NCBI GenBank assembly: GCA_046598045.1
Contig: JBKJJJ010000199.1
Coordinates: 1 to 38,066 of the forward strand
DNA: 38,066 bases
DNA from: Candidatus Eiseniibacteriota bacterium
Lineage (GTDB): Bacteria > Eisenbacteria > RBG-16-71-46 > DASYSL01
Reading direction: 5' to 3'
How positions within the stretch are numbered: position 1 is the stretch's first letter; each line of letters opens with the position of its first letter. The notes below the pieces were generated by a model. That model worked only from the letters and a program-made list of their open reading frames with translations, had not been told where the DNA came from and did no database searches. Positions 10,210 through 19,196 of the stretch are shown in pieces. The position numbers and the translations under genes are program-made.

Positions 10210-10769
10210 GCGATCTCCGTGGTCGAGTGCCGGTAGAACGTGAGCGCGGTGTCGCCGTAGACCCGCGTGAACCGAAGCTCGAGCCGGGCGAAGCCCGAAG
10301 GCGGCGCGGTTTTAGCGGCGTGCTCGAGCACGATCCAACCGCCTTCGAGCACGATCCCCGAAACCAGCAGGGCGTCGAGCGTCTCCTTCGTGCCTCCGTC
10401 CGCGTACGGCGGATCAGCGAACACGATGCCGAAACGCGCGGACTCGCGGCCCAGGCGCCGGATCGCCGCGCGCGCGTCGCTCGCGATCACGGTGGCCCGC
10501 TCTGAGACCTCCAGTTCGGCGACGTTCGACCGCAGCGCGGCCAGGGGCGCGCGCGCCTCCTCGACGAACGTGGCCGAGATCGCCCCGCGCGACAGCGCCT
10601 CCAGTCCGAGCGCTCCCGACCCCGCATACAGGTCGAGCACCGGTAGATCCTCGACGTCGCCCAGGATCGAAAACAGCGCCTCCCGCACGCGGTCGGACGT
10701 CGGGCGGGTCGCGAGGCCCCGGGGGGCCCCGAGCGCGTGCCCCTTGAAACGACCGGCGATGATGCGCAC
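10206..10769 (-). CDS. rsmD: 16S rRNA m2G966 methyltransferase
   Basis: GTG start, RIIAG, RPTSDRVREALF, DLYAGSGALGLEALSRGA, DPPY and YGDT. Conserved rsmD-coaD pairing. Confidence 0.95.
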   Translation of the reverse strand: MRIIAGRFKGHALGAPRGLATRPTSDRVREALFSILGDVEDLPVLDLYAGSGALGLEALSRGAISATFVEEARAPLAALRSNVAELEVSERATVIASDARAAIRRLGRESARFGIVFADPPYADGGTKETLDALLVSGIVLEGGWIVLEHAAKTAPPSGFARLELRFTRVYGDTALTFYRHSTTEIA

Positions 10770-10775
10770 GCGGGC

Positions 10776-10804
10776 AGTGTGCCCTCGTGGACCTTGCCTG
10801 TCAA
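10776..10804 (-). promoter_or_regulatory. sigma70-type promoter of the rsmD operon (probably leaderless)
   Basis: Minus strand TTGACA-N17-CACACT-N6-GTG with no RBS. Confidence 0.6.
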
Positions 10805-10848
10805 GAATCGCACGGGCACGGACTTGCGGGCGCGCGTTAGACTGGGGC

Positions 10849-11733
10849 ATGCGTCCCTCCCAGCCCCGGATCCTCGTCCTCGGCGGCACCGGACTTCTCG
10901 GGCGCGCGCTGCTCGAGCGCGTCGGCGCCGCGCCCGGGCTTGCCGCGACGTGGCACCGCACTCCGCCGCCCGACCTGCCGCACGCCGTCACCTGGCGCGC
11001 GCTCGACCTGCGCACCCCCGGCGCGCCCGCGGCGATCGTGCGCGAGCTCGCGCCGGAGGTCGTGTTCCACACCGCGGTCTCCGCGCTCGCGGGCGATCTC
11101 GAGGACGTGATCGTGGCGGGCTCGCGCCTCGCCGCGCAGGCGGCGAGCGAAGTCGGCGCGGCGTTCGTTCAGGTCTCGAGCGACATGGTGTTCGACGGCG
11201 CAAGCGGTCCGTTCGACGAAGGCTCGCCGCTCTCCCCGATCACCGACTATGGCCGCGCCAAGGCCGCCGCGGAGCGCGCCGTGCGCGCCGCCGATCCGGC
11301 GGCGTGGATCGCGCGCTGCTCGCTGCTCTACCGGATCGACCCGCCGGACCGCTCGCTCGCCGGCTGGCTCACCGGCCTCGCGCGCGGCGATGCCTACCCC
11401 CTGTTCACGGACGAGATTCGCTGCCCCGCGCAGGTCGACGACGTGGCCGACGCGTTGCTGGTCCTCGCGCAACGCATTGCACCCGGTCGGAAGGAGCGCG
11501 CGGACGTGCCGCGAACGCTGCACCTCGTGGGGCCGCGCGCGCTTTCGCGCCACGCCTTCGGGCAGCTCGTCCTGACGGCGCTCGGCAGGGATCCCGCGCT
11601 GGCGACGCCGGCGCTCTCTGCCGCCTCGCCGAGCCCCCGCCCCCGGGAGCTGGTCCTTTCCACGGGCGGCACTCCGGAGTGGCTCCTCGCTGGACTCCGT
11701 GCGCCGGAGGCAGCGCTCAGGCCGAGGCGCTGA
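10849..11733 (+). CDS. RmlD-like extended SDR oxidoreductase (dTDP-4-dehydrorhamnose reductase family)
   Basis: LGGTGLLG, VSSDMVFDG, PITDYGRAK (YxxxK) and FTDEIRCP. TAGACT lies 5 nt upstream of the ATG. Confidence 0.88.
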   Translation: MRPSQPRILVLGGTGLLGRALLERVGAAPGLAATWHRTPPPDLPHAVTWRALDLRTPGAPAAIVRELAPEVVFHTAVSALAGDLEDVIVAGSRLAAQAASEVGAAFVQVSSDMVFDGASGPFDEGSPLSPITDYGRAKAAAERAVRAADPAAWIARCSLLYRIDPPDRSLAGWLTGLARGDAYPLFTDEIRCPAQVDDVADALLVLAQRIAPGRKERADVPRTLHLVGPRALSRHAFGQLVLTALGRDPALATPALSAASPSPRPRELVLSTGGTPEWLLAGLRAPEAALRPRR

Positions 11734-12418
11734 GGCGCTCCACCGCGGCGGGGAGGTCGACCAGGAGGTCGATCGTCTCGTGGGGCGCGAGCTGCTCCGC
11801 GCGGTCGGAGCGCGCGGCGACCGAGGCGCCCGCGCTGCCGCCCGCGAGCGAGTTCGGCGAACGCAGCCACACGGTCCACAACCCGAGCGCGCGTGCCTGC
11901 GCCAGGTTCTGGGGCGCGTCGTCCACCATCACGATGGTCTTAGGGTCCGCGCCGAGCGCCGCCAGCGCGCGCGCGTACGGATAGGGATCGGGCTTGGGCA
12001 CGAAGTCCGCGTGGCGGATGTCGAACACGCGCGTGAACAACGGCGCCACTCCGAGGCGCGCGAGCACCCGCGCCACGAACTCGGACGGGCCGTTGGTGAA
12101 GACGTGGCGTTCGCCGGGCAGCGCCGCCAGCATCGCCGCGAGCGCGGGATCCGGGGTGAGCAATTCCTCAACCGGGACGTCGTGCACGTCGGCGAGGAAC
12201 GGCTCGGGATCGAGGCCGTGCTCGACTTGCAAGCCGCGCAGCGAGGTGCCGTGCTTGCGCCACAGCGCGCGCTGCACGATACGCGCCTCGTCTTCGCTCA
12301 CACCGAGCGCGCCGGCGATGCGGCGCGTGATGCGGCGCGAGACGTGGCTGAACAGTCCGGTCGAGGCGGGATAGAGCGTGTCGTCGAGGTCGAACAGGAA
12401 GTGCCGAACCTCGGTCAC
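11717..12418 (-). CDS. HAD-superfamily pyrimidine 5'-nucleotidase-like hydrolase
   Basis: FDLDDTLYP, VFTNG, PKP and MVDDAPQNL. GTGA overlap with the lolA stop. Confidence 0.9.
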   Translation of the reverse strand: MTEVRHFLFDLDDTLYPASTGLFSHVSRRITRRIAGALGVSEDEARIVQRALWRKHGTSLRGLQVEHGLDPEPFLADVHDVPVEELLTPDPALAAMLAALPGERHVFTNGPSEFVARVLARLGVAPLFTRVFDIRHADFVPKPDPYPYARALAALGADPKTIVMVDDAPQNLAQARALGLWTVWLRSPNSLAGGSAGASVAARSDRAEQLAPHETIDLLVDLPAAVERLSASA

Positions 12419-13044
12419 AGGTCGACCACCGCGGTCCCGGTCGGGAAGCGCGGAACGAAGCGCGCGTCCGGCGTGCCGCGGTTGACCTGAAAGCGATCGA
12501 AGTCGAGCCGGATCGTCGACCCGTCCTGGGAGACGAGCGTGAGCCGCTTCGGCCATCCGGTCGCGGGATCGAGCGCGAGCGTCAACCGCGACCATGCCGC
12601 GTGCGCGGCGCGCGGCGTCAGCACGAGGCCCGTGCGGCCTTGCTCGTGCACATGATACGTGCGTTCGAGAACGCTCACGGACTCGTCGAGGAAGAGCGCG
12701 GGCGGCGCGCCCCCCGCGGCCGCACTGCTCTTGAGAACCGACTTTTGCGACGGCTGGTAAAACCACACGGTATCGCCTCTTACAATGGCGGTTGCGGCAG
12801 CAGGTGCGAGCCACTCGAGGCGGACATGGCGGGGCCGCCGGTACTCGAGGCGCCCGCGGGTCACGCGCGCGCCGAGGGCGTCGGTGCGGGTCTGGCGAAA
12901 CGTGGTGCGGGCGTCCTGCGTGCGCCGCAGCGCCTGGTCGAGCAGCGCGCGCGCGCCGTGCGCCGGGACGACGGCGTGCGCCCCGGGCGCGGTCGACGCG
13001 AGCGCGACCAACAGCGCGGGCACGACGAGGAGACCCCGTTTCAA
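12415..13044 (-). CDS. lolA: Outer-membrane lipoprotein carrier LolA family
   Basis: Signal peptide, then FRQT, GRLEYRRP, RLEW and GDTVWFYQP, with C-terminal FVPRFPTGTAVVD. Confidence 0.82.
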   Translation of the reverse strand: MKRGLLVVPALLVALASTAPGAHAVVPAHGARALLDQALRRTQDARTTFRQTRTDALGARVTRGRLEYRRPRHVRLEWLAPAAATAIVRGDTVWFYQPSQKSVLKSSAAAGGAPPALFLDESVSVLERTYHVHEQGRTGLVLTPRAAHAAWSRLTLALDPATGWPKRLTLVSQDGSTIRLDFDRFQVNRGTPDARFVPRFPTGTAVVDL

Positions 13045-13847
13045 GGCGTGCCCTCACCGAACAGGTCGGGATCCGAAGCGGCGACGACGGTCACGCCGTC
13101 GGGCGCGTGGAAGCGGAAGGTCTCGCGATCGACCTTCGTGCCGAATTTCACCTGGTCGAACGTCAGGCTCAGGTGGCTTTGCTCCTCCGGCCAGTCGAAA
13201 TCGATACGGCTCGGCCACCACACGTCGTGGCGCCGCCGGTAGTCATGGTAGTCGAGCCGCGCGATGCGTTTGCCGCCCTCCCACAACTCGGCGCGCTGGA
13301 GCAGCGTCGGGTGCGCGCCGTAACGCGCGCGCACCTCGTGGCCGCCGGCGAGATCCCACGCGACCCAGGGCGTGCCCTCGACCTCGATCGCGCGCAGCCC
13401 GGACTCGGGCGCGCCGTAGGGCTCGCCGAACAGCGCGGAGACGATCTCCCCCGGCAGGACCGGCAATGCGACGAGCAGGGATTCCTCGGCGGCGGTGCCG
13501 GTGATCACGCGATCGAGCGTCGGCAGGTAGAGCCAGAAGCGGTCGCCGTCGGTCGTGGCGTCGAACACGGTGGCCACGGCGACATAGCCGAGCAGCCGAA
13601 GCGAGCCGGGACGCACCGCGGCCAGGCGGCCCTGGCACGACCCCGCGCCGGCCCACGCCTTCGACGCGAGGCCGATCACGACGTCGGCCTGCACGCTCGC
13701 CACCTGCGCCCGGCGCTCGAGGCGTGCCTTCTGCACGGCAGCCACGAGGGCCGGGCCGCGCGGCGCCCGCGCGGCGGCGGCGGCCGCCCCGGGCAGGAGG
13801 AGCAGGGCCGCCGCGCCGAGCGCGACGAGGGTCTGCGAAACGGGCAT
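13041..13847 (-). CDS. Secreted LolA/LolB-fold protein (DUF4292-like)
   Basis: Sec signal without a lipobox Cys. RPGSLRL, DGDRFWLYLP, YHDYR, WPSRIDF and FRFHAPDG are typical of DUF4292/LolB-like proteins. Coupled to lolA. Confidence 0.65.
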   Translation of the reverse strand: MPVSQTLVALGAAALLLLPGAAAAAARAPRGPALVAAVQKARLERRAQVASVQADVVIGLASKAWAGAGSCQGRLAAVRPGSLRLLGYVAVATVFDATTDGDRFWLYLPTLDRVITGTAAEESLLVALPVLPGEIVSALFGEPYGAPESGLRAIEVEGTPWVAWDLAGGHEVRARYGAHPTLLQRAELWEGGKRIARLDYHDYRRRHDVWWPSRIDFDWPEEQSHLSLTFDQVKFGTKVDRETFRFHAPDGVTVVAASDPDLFGEGTP

Positions 13848-13888
13848 GGGGACTCCACGGCGGCGGGGTGGGGACGGGGTTCGCTTCG

Positions 13889-13918
13889 AACCTAGGCGGG
13901 CGCCCTTGGCCCTGTCAA
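13889..13918 (-). promoter_or_regulatory. sigma70-type promoter for the DUF4292-lolA-HAD unit
   Basis: Minus strand TTGACA-N18-TAGGTT immediately after the pilQ terminator. Confidence 0.6.
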
Positions 13919-13928
13919 GCCGCGCCCC

Positions 13929-13964
13929 AAACAACGACGCCCCGACCGTGAGGCCGGGGCGTCG
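13929..13964 (-). terminator. Intrinsic terminator after pilQ
   Basis: Hairpin CGACGCCCCGGCC-TCAC-GGTCGGGGCGTCG followed by TTGTTT. Confidence 0.75.
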
Positions 13965-13993
13965 AGGGAGTCGCCGGTACGGGCTGCCGGGAG

Positions 13994-15364
13994 CTACTTG
14001 CCCGACGGTGGCGCGGCGTCCGCGAACGATTCGACCAGCTTCGGCGTGACGAAGATCACGAGCTCACGCTGCTGCTTGACGATCGACTTGTTGCGGAACA
14101 GCCCGCCGATGATCGGAATGTTCATGAGGATCGGAACCCCCGTGACCACCGTGCCCTCATTCGTGCGGATGAGGCCGCCGATGACCGCGGTCTGGCCATT
14201 GTCGACCATGACGCGGGTGTCGGCCTCGGAGGTGTTGATGATGACGCCGCCCTGGACCGTCGACTGGGTCGAGAGGTCGGAGACTTCCGGATGCATGTCG
14301 AGCACGATCCGCTTGTCGTCCGTCAGGTGGGGCGTGACCTTGAGCTGGATGCCGATGGTCTGCAGCTGCGTCACGGCGTTGCCCGCCACGTCCTGCGTGA
14401 TCAGCGGGATCTTCTGGCCGACGAGGATCTTGGCCTCGCGGTTGTCGACCGTCGTGATGCGCGGGTTCGAAATGATCTGGGCCTGGCGCTTCTGCTCGAG
14501 CTGCTCGAGCATGAACTCGACGGTACCCCACGGGCGCGTCAGGATGCCGCCGATGCTGCCGACGCGCGTGCTGTTCGGAGCGTCCACGCCGAGCTGGTTC
14601 GCAGCCCAGCCGTTCGGGTCGACGGCCGAGGACGGATTCCCCAGGTTGTTGATGTCGAGGTTCCGGACGCCCCAGCGGATGCCGAGCTGCCGCAGGGCCG
14701 AGACGTCGATGTCCACCAGCTTGGCGACGATCTCGATCTGCGGCGTGCGCGTATCGAGCAGCTTCGCCATCGCCTCGGCATCGGCCAACCTCGCCTCGGT
14801 GTCCGAGATGATGAGCGTGTTCGTGCGGGTGTCGAAGTCGATGGTCCCGCGCTTGGTGAGCACGTTCGTCAGCGCCTTCTGCACCTCGGCAGCCTGCGCG
14901 TAGTTCAGCTTGTAGCTGTGCGTGACCAGCGGCTGGACTTCGAGGCGGCGCGCCTCGTTCGACTCGCGCGCCAGGATCTCGGCCTGCAGCTTCTCCGCAT
15001 CATCGACCCGGATGATGCCGCCTTCCTCGACGAAGTCGAGCGCCTGCGTGCGGCAGACCGCGGTCAGGGCGTCACGCCAGGGGACGTCCTTGAGCTGGAG
15101 CGAGACCTGCCCCTTGACGTTCTTGCTGGCGACGATGTTCTTGTTCGAGAACTCGGAGATGGAACGCAGCACGGTTCGGATTTCCGCCCCCTGCACGTCG
15201 ATCGACATCCGACCGCCGCCCGTCGACTTCACGCCCATCTGCGCCTGGGCCGACTTCGCCTGGGCGTAGGCCGGGGTGATGCCGGTCAGGCCGGTCTGGA
15301 TCGACGGGTCCACGAAGGCCGCGAGGGCCAAGACCGCGGTTCCGACGAGGACGCTAATTCGCAT
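13994..15364 (-). CDS. pilQ: Type IV pilus secretin PilQ (compact, no AMIN domains)
   Basis: Signal peptide, N0 domain (SIDVQGAEIRTVLRSI...LKDVPW), N3 domain (DTRTNTLII) and secretin domain (GIQLKVTPH, VIGGLI, VPILMNIPIIGGLF, ELVIFVTP). Confidence 0.95.
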   Translation of the reverse strand: MRISVLVGTAVLALAAFVDPSIQTGLTGITPAYAQAKSAQAQMGVKSTGGGRMSIDVQGAEIRTVLRSISEFSNKNIVASKNVKGQVSLQLKDVPWRDALTAVCRTQALDFVEEGGIIRVDDAEKLQAEILARESNEARRLEVQPLVTHSYKLNYAQAAEVQKALTNVLTKRGTIDFDTRTNTLIISDTEARLADAEAMAKLLDTRTPQIEIVAKLVDIDVSALRQLGIRWGVRNLDINNLGNPSSAVDPNGWAANQLGVDAPNSTRVGSIGGILTRPWGTVEFMLEQLEQKRQAQIISNPRITTVDNREAKILVGQKIPLITQDVAGNAVTQLQTIGIQLKVTPHLTDDKRIVLDMHPEVSDLSTQSTVQGGVIINTSEADTRVMVDNGQTAVIGGLIRTNEGTVVTGVPILMNIPIIGGLFRNKSIVKQQRELVIFVTPKLVESFADAAPPSGK

Positions 15365-16916
15365 TGGAGGCACCTTCCTTCCGCTGGAGTTGGATCGTGA
15401 CGGTCTGGGTGTCGCCGTACGACGACTGCTTCACGATGAGCTCCTCTTTCGTGAGCCCCGCGATATAGCCGTTCAGGACGGGATCCCCCACCCGGAGGAC
15501 GAAGCCGTGTCCGTGGCCGTCCTCCACGAGGGCGAACTTGTCGGAGTTGCCCCACACGATGCCCACGAGCTTCATGCTCGAGACGTCGAGGAGGGGCGTA
15601 CCGACTTCGCCTTCAAACGCGCCTGAGACCAGCGACGCATACGGGTCGCGGCGATTCAGGCTGTTGTAAACGTACTGCTCGCGCTGCTCCATGAAGCGCG
15701 CGCCGAGGTTCTGCACCGAGGTCGTCAGCGGAGCCTTCGCACGGCTCTTCGTCCGCGTCGTCATGCTGGTCTTGAACGATGCAATCGCCACGTTCCCGGC
15801 CAGCTTGCCGGGCGCGGGGTTCGCCTTCATCGGACCGCTGGTCGCGCCCGACTTCACCGCGGCGAACTGGGGTGCCGGCGAAGTCTTCGCGGCCAGCACG
15901 GGCTTCGCGGCCGGCAGCGGCTTCACGACGATCACCACGGGCTTCGCGGCCGGCAGCGGCTTCGCGACGATCACCACGGGCTTCGCATGGGACGCGGTCG
16001 CCTTCACCGGGGTGAGCGCCACCGCACCGTGCAGTTTCGCGGTGCTCGAGGACACGGTTGCGACCTCCCGGAAGTGCCAGGCCTGCTTCGCACCCGGCGG
16101 CGGAGACTTCCTCACTGCGAGTTTCGCGGGCGCCGGGGTTACGGGCGCGGGCTTCGTGGCCTCGGTCCGCAGCGTCGCGGCCGCGGGCTCCGGGTTCGCG
16201 ACCGCAGGCTTTGCGTTCGCCGCCGCAAGGGTCACCGGAACCGGCGACGGCTTCGTAGCCGGGGCCGCCTTGGTGGCAGGCGCGGCCTGCAGGTTCGCTG
16301 CCTTCGCGCCACTGGCCATGACCGGCGGCGTGACGGAGGTGCGTGACATGCGCTCATTGAACGTCGCCGCGGCCGCCGGCACCTGCGCCGGAGTCGCGGG
16401 AGCCATCGGCTTGCGGGGGGCGGGCGCCGCCATCGGCGCCCGGGCGACCAGCTTCGTGTTCGCGGGCGCCGCCATAGCCGGCTTCGCGCTCCTGAACGTC
16501 TGCGTGCGGGGCGCCGACACCGTCATCGCGTAACTGGGCGAGGACACCGGGCGACCATGCGTCCCCGCGCTCTTGACGTCGGCGAACCGCCAGTCCTTCG
16601 CCTTCACCGGGGCGGGCTTCAAGGCGGCGACGACGGGGGCGGTCTTGGGCGCCAGGACCAGCTTTGCGTTGGCCACCGGCTTCGGGGTCGAGGCGGCCTG
16701 GTTCATGATCGCGGCCGCATTCTCCACCGTCATCACCGGGTGCGGGACCGGCTTCGCCGGAGCCGGCTTGGCCGAGTGCACCCCCGCGGCGGGAGTCGTC
16801 GTCGCGGCCGCCTGAGGCGTGGTCCCCGCGAGTGCGGAGGCGGCGACACACAGCGCGGCGCCGAGCATCGTGCCCACGATCCAACGGGGGCGGGTGAGGT
16901 CAGTTCGAAGAGCCAT
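15354..16916 (-). CDS. pilP: PilP-like protein with a very long Pro/Ala/Lys-rich N-terminal region
   Basis: Lies between pilO and pilQ with a GGGAGG RBS. The C-terminal ~110 aa match PilP (RRDPY, MKLVGIVW, ALVEDGHGHGFVLRVGD). Confidence 0.8.
   Translation of the reverse strand: MALRTDLTRPRWIVGTMLGAALCVAASALAGTTPQAAATTTPAAGVHSAKPAPAKPVPHPVMTVENAAAIMNQAASTPKPVANAKLVLAPKTAPVVAALKPAPVKAKDWRFADVKSAGTHGRPVSSPSYAMTVSAPRTQTFRSAKPAMAAPANTKLVARAPMAAPAPRKPMAPATPAQVPAAAATFNERMSRTSVTPPVMASGAKAANLQAAPATKAAPATKPSPVPVTLAAANAKPAVANPEPAAATLRTEATKPAPVTPAPAKLAVRKSPPPGAKQAWHFREVATVSSSTAKLHGAVALTPVKATASHAKPVVIVAKPLPAAKPVVIVVKPLPAAKPVLAAKTSPAPQFAAVKSGATSGPMKANPAPGKLAGNVAIASFKTSMTTRTKSRAKAPLTTSVQNLGARFMEQREQYVYNSLNRRDPYASLVSGAFEGEVGTPLLDVSSMKLVGIVWGNSDKFALVEDGHGHGFVLRVGDPVLNGYIAGLTKEELIVKQSSYGDTQTVTIQLQRKEGASNAN
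15897..15986. repeat. 39-bp tandem repeat (2.3 copies) encoding KPVVIVxKPLPAA
   Basis: Units cacgggcttcgcggccggcagcggcttc[a/g]cgacgatcac at 15897-15935 and 15936-15974, with a partial copy at 15975-15986. Confidence 0.9.
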
Positions 16917-17547
16917 TGGCCTTGCCTCCCGTGTTCGCGTCGGCGTTCGTGGGCTTCGCGGGACCCGCGGCCCCTTCGGGATTGAGCGTGTAGACGGTGA
17001 TCACGAGCCCCGCGGCCGTGGTCTGGTCCTCGTCGCCCTTGGTGTTCGTCAGCACCTGCAGGTTCGAGACCCGCATGATGCGCGACATGTTCGCCACCTC
17101 CGCCAGGAACTGCCCGACCTGGTGGTAGCCGCCGACGACCTTGAGCTGGATCGGGACCTCGGTGTAGTGCTCCCGACGAACCTCGGGGTCCGGACGAAAA
17201 CTCTCGAACTGGATGCCGCACTGCTGGCCCGCAAGCGTGAGCCGGCGCAACACGCCCGGCATCTCCTTCTCGGTCGGGAGCAAATCGGCGGCAATCTCGT
17301 AGCGCTCGTGCAGCGTGGCGAACTCGGCCTGGAAACGCGGCAGGTCGGCAACCGACTGCCGGGCCCGTGCCAGGTCGCTGGACTTCTTCTCGTAGTCCGA
17401 CTTGAGTTCCTTGATCCGCCCCGCCGCCACCGAGTAGTTGACCGGCAGGTACGGGGTGAAAAAGAACCCATAGATCGCACCCGCTCCCAGGAGGCCCGTG
17501 ATGAGCGGGCGCAGGGTCTTCGGGTCGCGCAGACTGAAGGACGCCAT
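16900..17547 (-). CDS. pilO: Type IV pilus alignment protein PilO
   Basis: N-terminal TM helix, coiled coil, LLPTEKEMP, YTEVPI and GGYHQVGQFLAEVANMSRI. Confidence 0.93.
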   Translation of the reverse strand: MASFSLRDPKTLRPLITGLLGAGAIYGFFFTPYLPVNYSVAAGRIKELKSDYEKKSSDLARARQSVADLPRFQAEFATLHERYEIAADLLPTEKEMPGVLRRLTLAGQQCGIQFESFRPDPEVRREHYTEVPIQLKVVGGYHQVGQFLAEVANMSRIMRVSNLQVLTNTKGDEDQTTAAGLVITVYTLNPEGAAGPAKPTNADANTGGKANGSSN

Positions 17548-17556
17548 CGCCGCCTC

Positions 17557-18150
17557 CTAGTGATCGCCCTGGGCCATGTCGGCCGGGGTCACGTTCATGG
17601 TGAGCTTGAACTGAACCACGTCGTGTTCGTCGATGATGCCGTGCGTCGCACTACCCAGGGCGACGTTCGAGAACAGCGGCGAGCGGTCCAGGCGAATCAT
17701 GAGATCCGCGATGATCAGGTTCGAGAACGTCACACCTTCGAGCGACATCTGGTCCGCACCGTTGGGGATCAGGGCGGTGAGCCACATGTGATCCGGCACC
17801 GAGCGGTCGAGTTCGTCGATCATGCGAACCTGGTCGAAACGTCCGCGCGACAGCTGGTCGATGAGCGAAAGCCGGAGATCGAGGTCGGCGCGCTCGTGCG
17901 CGAGCCGTTCGACCATGGCGATCTGGGGAGCGAGCGCTTTGGATTCCTGGTCGACCCGGGCGATTTCGCCCGACAACATGTGGAGCTGGGCCTGCTGCTG
18001 GACGATCGTGCCGACGATCAACACGAGCACGCCCGCGACGATGGCCAGCGGCAGCAGGACGCCCCCCACTCCACCCGACTTCCGAGCCGACTGGGGGCGA
18101 CGGACCTTCTGTCCGCGCTCCTCGAACGGCATCAGGTTGATGCGAATCAT
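17557..18150 (-). CDS. pilN: Type IV pilus alignment protein PilN
   Basis: MIRINLMP (PilM-binding INLLP-like motif), TM helix, VPDHMWLT and LDRSPLF. Confidence 0.93.
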   Translation of the reverse strand: MIRINLMPFEERGQKVRRPQSARKSGGVGGVLLPLAIVAGVLVLIVGTIVQQQAQLHMLSGEIARVDQESKALAPQIAMVERLAHERADLDLRLSLIDQLSRGRFDQVRMIDELDRSVPDHMWLTALIPNGADQMSLEGVTFSNLIIADLMIRLDRSPLFSNVALGSATHGIIDEHDVVQFKLTMNVTPADMAQGDH

Positions 18151-19196
18151 TTGTCGCCCACCTTTCTGAGCGCCAGCCCGATGCCCACGGTCAGGAACGG
18201 TGCGACCGTCATCGGATCCTCCTGCCCGAACAGGCTTCGGTCGTACTGAATGCGCGCCAGTGGATTGGCGATCTCGGTCGGAACCGCGAAGCGGTTCTGC
18301 AGGAACGGCACCAGGCCCGGCGTGAGCGCGGCGCCGCCGCAGAGCATCAGGCGCGAGATCAGGCCGGCCTCCCCCGTCGTCCGCAGGTAGGCCTGCGCGC
18401 GCTCGAGCGCCGTGGCAAGGCCCTCGCACGCCTGCTCGACCACCGGGACCACGTCGATCTCGGTGTTGTGCCCGCGCACTGCCTGCACCGCCTGCTCCTG
18501 CGTGATGTTGTAACGTCGCTGAACGGCGTCGACGAACGTGTGCCCGCCGAGCTGCAGATCCTTCGTGAAGTAGGGCACGCCATTCTGCACCAGGTTGATG
18601 TTCGTGATCTCGGCGCCGATGTTCAGGATCGCGACCACCTCTTCGGGAGCGAAGTCGTAATTGGCCGCGAGCGCATTCTGGATGGCGAAGGAGTCGACGT
18701 CGATCACCACCGGCTGCAGGCCCGATTCGCGGATCAGGTCCGCGAAGGTGAGGACCATGTCCTTCTTCGCGGCTACGAGCAGCACCTGCATCTGCTTGTC
18801 GTCCTGCGGATTGTCGCCGAGGATCTCGAAGTCGAGCGATACGTCGTTGATGTCGTAGGGAACATGCTGCTCGGCCTCCCACACGATCGCCTGCTGCGCG
18901 TCCTCGGCTGAGAGCTTGTTCATCGCAATCTTCTTCACGATGACGGCGCGACCCGAGACCGCGGCCACGACACTGCGCGTCTTGACGCCGCGCGCCTCGA
19001 GCAGGTTCGCGATCGCGTCGGTGACGAGCTGGCGGTCCATGATCTCGCCGTCGACGATGGCCTCGGAGAGCGGATCGGAGATGCCGTAGTTGACGAGACG
19101 GTGCCCGCCGCCGGGCAGGCTCTCGATCTCGACCACCTTGACCGAGTAGCTTCCGATGTCGAGCCCGACGAGGGACTGTTTCTTGCGGAAGAACAT
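18147..19196 (-). CDS. pilM: Type IV pilus actin-like protein PilM
   Basis: VGLDIGSYSVK, EAEQHVPY, VLLVAAKK, LNIGAEITN and LCGGAA. Confidence 0.95.
   Translation of the reverse strand: MFFRKKQSLVGLDIGSYSVKVVEIESLPGGGHRLVNYGISDPLSEAIVDGEIMDRQLVTDAIANLLEARGVKTRSVVAAVSGRAVIVKKIAMNKLSAEDAQQAIVWEAEQHVPYDINDVSLDFEILGDNPQDDKQMQVLLVAAKKDMVLTFADLIRESGLQPVVIDVDSFAIQNALAANYDFAPEEVVAILNIGAEITNINLVQNGVPYFTKDLQLGGHTFVDAVQRRYNITQEQAVQAVRGHNTEIDVVPVVEQACEGLATALERAQAYLRTTGEAGLISRLMLCGGAALTPGLVPFLQNRFAVPTEIANPLARIQYDRSLFGQEDPMTVAPFLTVGIGLALRKVGDK

Noticed and set aside
11717..11733. 17-bp convergent overlap between the SDR and HAD genes
   Set aside because: Short tail-to-tail overlaps are common in GC-rich genomes and no regulatory structure is evident.
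15897..15986. CRISPR-like repeat
   Set aside because: Head-to-tail coding tandem repeat without spacers, and no cas genes.
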